From the IMG/VR virus record IMGVR_UViG_2910510430_000001, positions 19,888 to 83,887 of that record: DNA of 64,000 nucleotides; one strand, written 5' to 3'. This document shows, in pieces, positions 27,371 to 34,360 of the stretch. The position numbers and the translations under genes were made by a program. Below the pieces are notes generated by a model. The model saw only the letters and a list, made by a program, of their open reading frames with translations, did not search any database and was not told where the DNA came from. This DNA is from a virus. Lineage: Duplodnaviria; Caudoviricetes. Positions within the stretch are counted from its first letter, which is position 1; each line of letters begins with the position of its first letter.

Positions 27371-28291
27371 TCACGCCAGGAACCCCGACACATCCTCGAG
27401 GATCTTCGCCGCTTCGGCGGCGACGTCCCGGCGCTTGCCCTCATCCTTGCGCAGCACCGCCGCATCATAGGCGGCGAGCGGGGCGAGCTTGTCGGCCATC
27501 GCGGCCAGCTCCGGATCGCCGGTGATGTTGAGCGACGGCAGGATGCCGATCAGGTCGCGGACGTTCTCGACGAGCGAGTCCTTGAAGATGCCCTCCGAAC
27601 GGTCGCCCTTGCCCTTGGCCGGCTTGTAGCCGTTGAGCCGCTCGACCATGCGGCCGGTCACCTCGGCGATGCGGCGATAGACATCCGACACGGCGGTCTT
27701 CGTCGCCTTCTGCACATGCGCCTCGATCTCGGCGCGGATCTCGGCCGCCTGCGCCTCGCTCATCGACACACGGAAGTCGTCGGCTGACGGGACCGGCATG
27801 ACCTTCATGTCGATCGAGAACTTGTCCCGGATCTCTGAGACGGTCGGGTAGTCGTCGAGGTTGAACATGCCGTTGAGGCGGACCCGGGCGTCGGCGACGT
27901 GCTTCGGATACTCGGCGATGAAGGCGTCGACGGCGGCGTCGAACTCGCCCTTCACGCGGCGAAACCAGGCGGCGTGCTGCATGTAGAGCTGGTTCGACAT
28001 GATGCGGGAGCCGCCGTCGAGCCACGGCAGGGTGCGCTCGTTGAACTCGGTGCGGGCGGCGTTGGCGATCTTGGCGATCGGATCGAGCGCGGTCTTGTCG
28101 AGGAGCAGCTTGTTATAGCGGCCGGCGTCGGCGGCGGCGTTGTGCGAGGAGTTGACCTCGTCGGTGATCTGGCGATCGAGGCGGCGCCCGGTCCACTGCG
28201 ACATGGACAGCGTCACGATCATGGCGCGGGCGGCGAGGGTGTTGGAGGCGACCGAGTCAGTGGCCGCACGGATTGGGGAAATGGCGTTCAT
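27371..28291 (-). CDS. DUF3150-like protein of MoxR/VWA neighbourhoods
   Basis: SQWTGRRLDR, GRYNKLL, RTLPW, FNLDDYP, GIFKDSLVEN, LNITGDPEL. Confidence 0.7.
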   Translation of the reverse strand: MNAISPIRAATDSVASNTLAARAMIVTLSMSQWTGRRLDRQITDEVNSSHNAAADAGRYNKLLLDKTALDPIAKIANAARTEFNERTLPWLDGGSRIMSNQLYMQHAAWFRRVKGEFDAAVDAFIAEYPKHVADARVRLNGMFNLDDYPTVSEIRDKFSIDMKVMPVPSADDFRVSMSEAQAAEIRAEIEAHVQKATKTAVSDVYRRIAEVTGRMVERLNGYKPAKGKGDRSEGIFKDSLVENVRDLIGILPSLNITGDPELAAMADKLAPLAAYDAAVLRKDEGKRRDVAAEAAKILEDVSGFLA

Positions 28292-28361
28292 GCTGGTGTT
28301 CCTTTCGGAGGGTGCCACGATTGGCGGGGGTGCTCAGAGGTGAGCGGGGGAGCTGGGTCTG

Positions 28362-28670
28362 CTACTGGCTGTCGCCTCGCCAGTCGCGATAGTCGTCTTC
28401 GGGCGGCTCGTAGATGCCGTCGAGCGTCCAGAAGCCGATGGCGAGGATGTCTTCGCACACGTCGGTCGGGTCCTGGCCGTAGAACCCGCGCCATTCCTGC
28501 ACGTTGAAGCGCTGGATGACGGAGTAGATCTCGGCGTCGTCAGCGTCGCTGACATCAAGCCAGAGGACGGTGCCGGTCTGCACGTCGACGGTGAGGGTGC
28601 CGTTGTTGCCGAAGACCTCCATCGTCGGGCGAGAGGTCTTCATCGGCATGGGCGAGCGTTCGGGCTGCAT
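28362..28670 (-). CDS. Small acidic protein
   Basis: AAGGAAG RBS; preceded by a hairpin module. Confidence 0.65.
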   Translation of the reverse strand: MQPERSPMPMKTSRPTMEVFGNNGTLTVDVQTGTVLWLDVSDADDAEIYSVIQRFNVQEWRGFYGQDPTDVCEDILAIGFWTLDGIYEPPEDDYRDWRGDSQ

Positions 28671-28784
28671 GGTCTTCCTTTCGTGCCACGATTGGCGGGG
28701 TGCCGGCGGACCGGCGGCGTCACTCTGAAGCGAACTTCAGAGTGGTTGATAGTGCTAGAAGACGGGAGCTAGAGGCGCAGGCGA

Positions 28785-29276
28785 CTAAAGCCGACTGCAG
28801 GAGCCCGCTGCCATCGACAGTTTCGCACCGGGCACTGCAATCCGAGGTGCATAAAAGAATGTCATCCGATCGAGGTCAAAATTGTATGACAAAGATAGGT
28901 TCGCGGTGCACAGAATTGTGCCGCCGAGAAGATATGATTGATTCTCATTCAGGGGGTAGCATTCCGAAAGTTTTCGGATCTTACTTCGTTCGTCGCTGAC
29001 AAATACTGTGTAGTTTGATGCGTATTCCTCAAACCGATAATCTTTCGGCATATTCGGCGTGACGGTCAGTTGGAACGCGTGGTCGTTGGGGTTCTCATCC
29101 AACTCCGATACATCCCCAGTATCATCCATACGAAATGCCGCGATGTGAGCAGGTATGCAGAGATAGGTCCCGGCGTAACGCTCGTCGTTGTGAGGCGGTG
29201 TCCATGTCCCCTGCGAACACGCCTCGCTGATGGGCCAAATGATGGAACAAAGCACAACGGCTGCTCGCTTGAGCAT
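28785..29276 (-). CDS. Lower-GC secreted moron protein
   Basis: Signal-like N-terminus; GGAGG RBS; AT-rich codons. Confidence 0.65.
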   Translation of the reverse strand: MLKRAAVVLCSIIWPISEACSQGTWTPPHNDERYAGTYLCIPAHIAAFRMDDTGDVSELDENPNDHAFQLTVTPNMPKDYRFEEYASNYTVFVSDERSKIRKLSECYPLNENQSYLLGGTILCTANLSLSYNFDLDRMTFFYAPRIAVPGAKLSMAAGSCSRL

Positions 29277-29407
29277 TCAAGACCTCCTACTGGGGATTGG
29301 ACTCCGCAAGAACCATACTTTGTCGTTCCGGTCATCGAGCCGCAAGCGAAGCGTCCGCGCCGCCGGACGGGCCATCGGGCGCCCAAGGCAGCTATACGGT
29401 CGGTAAC

Positions 29408-29764
29408 CTAAAACCATACCCGCCGACTGAAAAGCACTGCCGCTCCACAGACGGGTGGCAGCGATTCGGGATCATCGAGCGGGTTCCGGGTCAGCCAGGC
29501 GTTCCGATAGATCGCCGTGGCAGTGATGTTGCGGGGCTGAGATCCAAGCGCACTGTTCTCGCCGACGAACATATCACGGCGCTCGCCCTGATAGAGGACC
29601 GTCAGGTGCTCGAAGCCACCGGGCTGGAATATCGGCGCCAGCAACTCCTTCAGGTGGTCGTAGCTGGGCTCCGGCTTCAGCATGACGGTCCGCTCCTCGG
29701 GAGCGCCAATTACGGCCGGGATGATGGTCATGAAGGTCTCGATAGACCCTGGGCGCGCGGGCAT
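29408..29764 (-). CDS. Hypothetical protein, DUF3846-like
   Basis: MFVGENS...RNITATAIY...VCGAAVLF. Confidence 0.55.
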   Translation of the reverse strand: MPARPGSIETFMTIIPAVIGAPEERTVMLKPEPSYDHLKELLAPIFQPGGFEHLTVLYQGERRDMFVGENSALGSQPRNITATAIYRNAWLTRNPLDDPESLPPVCGAAVLFSRRVWF

Positions 29765-30078
29765 CAGTACGGCGCCCCATTCTCCGGCTCGCCGTAGCAG
29801 GCGCGCAGGTTGCCGTCGGTCGGCTCTTCGGCGGCAAGGCGGCAGGCGGCGAGATCCTGGCCGACGAGGAGCACATCGTCGTCGGGGATAGGGTCCGCCC
29901 CGATCGCGATAAGGCAGGCCACCGGGTCGGAATCGAACTCACACATGGAGGGTGCCGACCAGAGAATGGCCCGGTCCTGCGGCAGGGTGACGAGGGGCGA
30001 CGGCTTGGTCACGGTGACCGCGCCGAGGAGCGCGCCGAACAGGCCGGCGGCGGTAATCGAGAGGGTGCTGAAATGCAT
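29764..30078 (-). CDS. Small membrane/secreted protein
   Basis: N-terminal TM; preceded by a hairpin module. Confidence 0.6.
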   Translation of the reverse strand: MHFSTLSITAAGLFGALLGAVTVTKPSPLVTLPQDRAILWSAPSMCEFDSDPVACLIAIGADPIPDDDVLLVGQDLAACRLAAEEPTDGNLRACYGEPENGAPY

Positions 30079-30160
30079 GGTGTATCCTTCGTTGCCACGA
30101 TTGGCAGGGGGTCGGCCTAGCGGCCGGTAGGCGAGCGCGGAGACGCTCTCCAGTCTGACG

Positions 30161-30511
30161 CTAGTGGAAGTGTCCGGCAGGCCGGGAGGGATCGAAGTGC
30201 TGAACGCACTTCGCGATTGCGGCCATGGTTGAATGCGTCTCGTCGGTGACGGGCAGCATCATCATGGCGTCAGGGTTCGTCGGGTGCTCGACGCCTGTCA
30301 GAGGAATGACGCTCACCTGTGTCTGGAGCCGGAGCACGGGCTCGTCGGTGACGCGGATGGTCAGACCTGGGAATGCCGTCTCGCAGTAGCGAGTAAGCGG
30401 CTCGATCCACGCGGAGCCGCCCCATTCTGGCCCGTAGGGAGGCGTGACGTAGAACTCCGTGATCCGCTTTTCGGCGGTCTGGGGGCGGCTGGAAGCGACG
30501 TTGATTTCCAT
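30161..30511 (-). CDS. Hypothetical protein under a predicted LexA box
   Basis: CAGGAG RBS; own promoter. Confidence 0.65.
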   Translation of the reverse strand: MEINVASSRPQTAEKRITEFYVTPPYGPEWGGSAWIEPLTRYCETAFPGLTIRVTDEPVLRLQTQVSVIPLTGVEHPTNPDAMMMLPVTDETHSTMAAIAKCVQHFDPSRPAGHFH

Positions 30512-30527
30512 GAAGGCTCTCCTGTTT

Positions 30528-30562
30528 GTTCTATATTCGTTCCGCATAGGAGGAGGAGTCAA
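30528..30562 (-). promoter_or_regulatory. Alphaproteobacterial SOS box GTTC-N7-GTTC (30528-30542) overlapping a TTGACT promoter
   Basis: GTTC TATATTC GTTC; TTGACT at 30562-30557. Confidence 0.75.
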
Positions 30563-30717
30563 TACGTGTTCTTTTGGAAGGAACGGCGCCTGACGAGGAT
30601 GGCCAGGCGCCGTGCGGGATTTACCGCCGGGCGCGCGCCGCGCTGCGATCTACATGGCATGCTCCTTTCGCTGGAGAGCAGGGAAGGGCCGGCGGATGTT
30701 TGCGCCGGCCGAACGGG

Positions 30718-30855
30718 TCAGGCGCGCACCTCCCAAAGGATGCGGCGAACCTCGTCGGCAGCCTCGCGCGAGGTGGGCTCGCGGCCCAGGCGGGCGGCGA
30801 GCTTGGCCCAGATCGTATGCGGGCCGGCGTTGTGCCAGGTGACGGTGACGATCAT
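30718..30855 (-). CDS. 45-aa protein
   Basis: MIVTVTWHNAGPHTIW...; ATGA coupling. Confidence 0.5.
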   Translation of the reverse strand: MIVTVTWHNAGPHTIWAKLAARLGREPTSREAADEVRRILWEVRA

Positions 30856-31064
30856 GCGCGCACCTTCGTCTTGAAGTGCTTCACCTCGCCATCGAACTGG
30901 CACAGGTCGCAGGAGGCGGCGGACTCGTTGGTCCATTCGTGGCCGCCGTGGACTTCTTCCGTGCCGTCGGTGGTGAGCTGCACGGTGGTCAGACAGACGA
31001 TCTGAATGCCGTGATCCTTGCCGCATTGCGGGCAGGCCATGCCCCATTGTGATCGGATGCTCAT
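30852..31064 (-). CDS. Small zinc-finger protein
   Basis: CPQCG...CDLC; ATGA coupling. Confidence 0.65.
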   Translation of the reverse strand: MSIRSQWGMACPQCGKDHGIQIVCLTTVQLTTDGTEEVHGGHEWTNESAASCDLCQFDGEVKHFKTKVRA

Positions 31065-31240
31065 GCGCGCACCTCGGGGCGGCTCGCGTCTGCGATGACC
31101 GGCAGAATGCGGCGCCCTTCCATGGCGCGGTTGCGGCGCTCCTGGGCGTCGAGAAAGCGGCGGATGTCTTCGCGGGCTTGGCGCCGGGCGCGCTGGGCGA
31201 AGGTCTCGAAATGCGGATGGCGCAGGTCGGACGTGGGCAT
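31061..31240 (-). CDS. Small Arg-rich protein
   Basis: GGAG RBS; preceded by a hairpin module. Confidence 0.55.
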   Translation of the reverse strand: MPTSDLRHPHFETFAQRARRQAREDIRRFLDAQERRNRAMEGRRILPVIADASRPEVRA

Positions 31241-31406
31241 GACGGTTCTCCGGTCTGGAGGTGCGGCACGATTGCCGAGGAAGGGCCGAGCGGCCCGAAG
31301 ATGGCTCGCGCGGGCGCGGCCATCGTCATGCAGCTCGGGTAGGGCAACGGGCGAAAGGCAGGCCCGTTGCCGGTTGGTGGGCCGCGAATGCGGTGGGACC
31401 GGGCCA

Positions 31407-31622
31407 TCAGTAGCCCAGCCAGGAGCGGACGTCATCCAGTGAGACGTGGCCGCGGTCGTCGATGGGGAAGGTCGTCGTCTCGTCGAACACGCGGTCGTCG
31501 AGGAAAGCGATGCCATCGGCCGGCCCAAGGCAGGGGGCGGAGGCGAGCAGGCCGTCGGGCGTGACGGTGGCGAACTGGCCGTGATCGAGGATGAAGGCGA
31601 CGGCGGACGTAGCGGTGCACAT
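31407..31622 (-). CDS. Small acidic protein
   Basis: GGAG RBS; preceded by a hairpin module. Confidence 0.6.
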   Translation of the reverse strand: MCTATSAVAFILDHGQFATVTPDGLLASAPCLGPADGIAFLDDRVFDETTTFPIDDRGHVSLDDVRSWLGY

Positions 31623-31679
31623 GGTCAGGATCTCCGATTAGGACGCCACGATTGGCGGGGTTGGCCTAGCGGCCATGTC

Positions 31680-31704
31680 ACGGGACGCCGTAGGGGCGTC
31701 CCGT
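31680..31704. terminator. Strong GC hairpin downstream of the first early gene
   Basis: ACGGGACGCC-GTAGG-GGCGTCCCGT; no clear U tract. Confidence 0.4.
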
Positions 31705-31736
31705 CACGATTGCAGCTAGGTGGGCAGGGGCGAGGC

Positions 31737-32240
31737 TCAGGCAGCCTTGCGGTCGGCAGCCTTGGGCATCTGGACGACTTCGCCGGCCGGCTTCTTCAGG
31801 AGGCGGATTGCGCCCTCGATGGCGCCGATCGTCTTCGCGGTCGCGCCCTTTTCCTGCATCTTCTTCAGGAACGTCTCGAGGGTCCGGAGTTCGTCGAAGT
31901 CGGCGGCGTTCTTCTTCGCGTCGGTGGCGTACTCAGCCGGGGACACGGTGAAGGCGGTTTCGAGGTCGGACGTCGCCTTGGCGTCATAGGTGAAGGCGAG
32001 CGCGTCCTTGTCCCATGCGACCTTGCCGAATTTCACGGCCCACTTGCGCAGCGCGCCGCGATAGTTGGTCGGCGTCACGTTGTAGAGCGTGTTGAGGTGC
32101 GAGGCGCAATGGTGGACCTCGACATGGTTGATCGCGCCATAGGCGACTTCGTGCGTTGCGGCTGCAAAGGTCGCGGCGACCTTGCCATAGCCTGCAATGC
32201 GCTTGGCGAGGGTCTTACCGGTGAGAATCTTGATGGACAT
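31737..32240 (-). CDS. First early-array protein with strongly biased codons
   Basis: MSIKILTG...LNTLYNVTPTNYRGALRKWAVKFGKV; preceded by a hairpin module. Confidence 0.75.
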   Translation of the reverse strand: MSIKILTGKTLAKRIAGYGKVAATFAAATHEVAYGAINHVEVHHCASHLNTLYNVTPTNYRGALRKWAVKFGKVAWDKDALAFTYDAKATSDLETAFTVSPAEYATDAKKNAADFDELRTLETFLKKMQEKGATAKTIGAIEGAIRLLKKPAGEVVQMPKAADRKAA

Positions 32241-32507
32241 GGGTTTAGCCTTTCGAGGTTTGGCACGATTGCCGTTTCGTTCCGATTGGAACGGCGCAAC
32301 GGCCGGACCCTTGCGAGCCCGGCCGTTGAAACTTTCCAATCTGTCGGACGCGGTTTCAGTGGGAACCGCGTCAATCCCGATGTCGCTTTTTTTCCGTTGG
32401 TTTGACTATCCAACCGCCCATGCCTTTGCGGTTGTGGGGTGCGCGGCCGCTGTGATCGGCATTCAACGGCTTTCAAGGCCGTTTCGCTTTCGGTTATCCC
32501 CATCTTG

Positions 32508-32783
32508 CTAGGCACTGTGCCCGCCGTTGTCCCATCGCTCGCTTACTAAGTGCAGGTCCCGCAAAGCTTTTACCCTTTGCCGTTGCCTACTGGCATTCGC
32601 GCCAGTGTTCCCCCGATTGGCATTCGCGCCAATCGTTGCCCGTTCCGTGTTCACACGATGGAAGTCCCAGCCTCTAGCGTTTCCGCCAGTTCGCCCGGTC
32701 TTTCCGAACTCCAATCCAATTTTCGCAAGCGTGGATTGTGCCGCTTCCTTCCCTTTGCCCCTCCATCCGTCCGGCTTTGTCAT
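32508..32783 (-). CDS. Possible small basic protein
   Basis: Open frame in an otherwise non-coding region; weak RBS. Confidence 0.3.
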   Translation of the reverse strand: MTKPDGWRGKGKEAAQSTLAKIGLEFGKTGRTGGNARGWDFHRVNTERATIGANANRGNTGANASRQRQRVKALRDLHLVSERWDNGGHSA

Positions 32784-33267
32784 GCCGTCGTTGGTCCGAC
32801 CTTGGTCGCCCTAATTGCGTTTCGTGGTTGCCGTTGTCCGCCCGGTTTCGCAATCGCCTTCACCCGTCCCCGGTTTCCCGGAAAGCTTGGAAGGAACCGC
32901 TTGCCGTTTGGCAGCATCCCCGATCCTGATTTTCAATGATCCCGGGGACATTCCCCGTCCGGCCCGGTCTTCGTCGTCCGCTTGCCGATGACCAACATAA
33001 CCACAGAACTTTCCGCTTGTTCCAGCGATAAAACGAAAATAATTCGCCTAAATCAGCCAAGATAATGAAAACATTGAGAAACAAACTTTCAAGCGCCCTT
33101 GGCTTTGCCCGGTTCAGCCTATCGAAAACCGGCCGAAACCGGCCGTTTCTCGACCTCAATTCGCACCCGTTTCGCCAATGTTTTCAGCCGCTTGGCCAAG
33201 GTCGACCGGCCGTTTCCAGCACCGCAAGCCGGCCGTTTCTAAACCGCTAGAAGGTTATGAAAATCGC

Positions 33268-33280
33268 CAAGCCGTTGATT
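33268..33280 (-). promoter_or_regulatory. IHF consensus site
   Basis: AATCAACGGCTTG matches WATCAANNNNTTR. Confidence 0.5.
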
Positions 33281-33494
33281 TTCCTAAATCCGGCCCACTT
33301 CGCCCCTGTTCACCTGGTAAACGCCCCCGGCCGTTCACCTGGTCAATTCGTGACATCCCGGCCGGCCGTCCGCCTCGCCAATGTCCCCGGCCGCCCCCTG
33401 AGCCGCTCCCCGGCCGCTCCCCGGCCGTCACGTCCCAGAACGTCCCAGCCGGTCCCCGTCGCCACCCTGAGCCGTCCCCGGCCGTTCTGAGCAT

Positions 33495-33776
33495 GTCCCC
33501 GGCTTGTCCCCGTCGCGTCCGGCATATGTCCGCCGACCGTCCGCCAATCGTCCGGCGCTTGTCCCCGGAATGTCCGCCAATCGTCCGGCATATGTCCGGC
33601 GCTTGTCCGCCTATCGTCCCCGGCCGGCCGTCCCCGTTCCCGGCGCCCATCGCCACGTCCCGGCCGGCGCCCGGAAAGTTATCCACAATTTCCCGGAACG
33701 CCGGGCACTTTCCCCGATGTCGCGGAATGTCCGGGGAATGTCCGGGGAATGTCCGCCATATGTCCGGGAAACGTCC
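33495..33776 (+). repeat. Two arrays of GTCC at exact 11-bp period (12 and 5 copies)
   Basis: GTCC at 33495, 33506 ... 33616 and at 33729 ... 33773. Confidence 0.9.
33679..33687 (+). promoter_or_regulatory. Perfect DnaA box
   Basis: TTATCCACA between the two phased arrays, flanked by CCGGAAA/TTTCCCGG. Confidence 0.55.
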
Positions 33777-34200
33777 GGCCCGGCCCAAAGCCGGCCGGCC
33801 ACGTCGCGATTGCGGAATTGACGCGCCGCAATATCATCCGCCTCGCGGAACGTAGAGAGCCAACGTTGCGGCCGGCCCTATAGGGACCGGCCAAGCGAGC
33901 AACGTAGCGGGCTGCACAAGCGTCTAAGGTTAGCGTTTACGTAGCAAAGCCAATGCTTTGAGCCTTTCCCCCCGGGCTGGACAAAAGCCCGGGCAAGAGT
34001 CAAAACGGTTCCGACGGGACGAATTGCGCGCTGCAACATCCCGCACTGCACACCCCACCACTTCCCGCACTGCACCAACGCTGGACGCCTTGAGCGACCG
34101 GCGCTTGCGTCGTGTGTGCGCTGCAACATGGTGCGATGCACAACGGCCGATGATGCGCTGCACCCGCTGCACCGCACATGCTGCACCGCACCCCACGGTT

Positions 34201-34245
34201 GGGTCCTTTCTGGGTTTTCGGGGGCCGCCGCGGGTCGAGCGCAGC
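34201..34245 (+). other. Putative cos region (cosQ-like GGGTCCTTTC)
   Basis: Identical to lambda cosQ GGGTCCT plus TTC; lies upstream of lambda-type terminase genes. Confidence 0.5.
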
Positions 34246-34360
34246 GCAGGATTTCGGAGTTTTTTCGATTTTCTCGATCGACTTTCTGATTCCACGCCAA
34301 GGACTTAGCGGGATTGGCTGCCTCTCGGCTTCCGATTGCCTGATTTCGTAGGAGGTTCGC

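Larger units (their letters stand above)
19454..32300 (-). repeat. Twelve dispersed start-associated double-hairpin modules (core CA-AWYG-TG)
   Basis: 12-nt cores at 19454, 19900, 21163, 23052, 25071, 27172, 28314, 28685, 30094, 31265, 31645, 32262; each lies 8-28 nt upstream of a minus-strand ATG. Confidence 0.9.

Noticed and set aside
31703-31714. Thirteenth module copy (GTCACGATTGCA)
   Set aside because: Outer stem mismatched and no ATG directly downstream; at best degenerate.
19454-32300. CRISPR array or integron attC interpretation of the repeats
   Set aside because: Spacing is gene-sized and irregular, the repeats are short and degenerate, there are no RYYYAAC/GTTRRRY ends, and no cas or integrase gene is in the window.
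33255-33855. Overlapping ORFs with 11-aa-like repeats
   Set aside because: Explained by the 11-bp DNA periodicity; open on both strands with no RBS.
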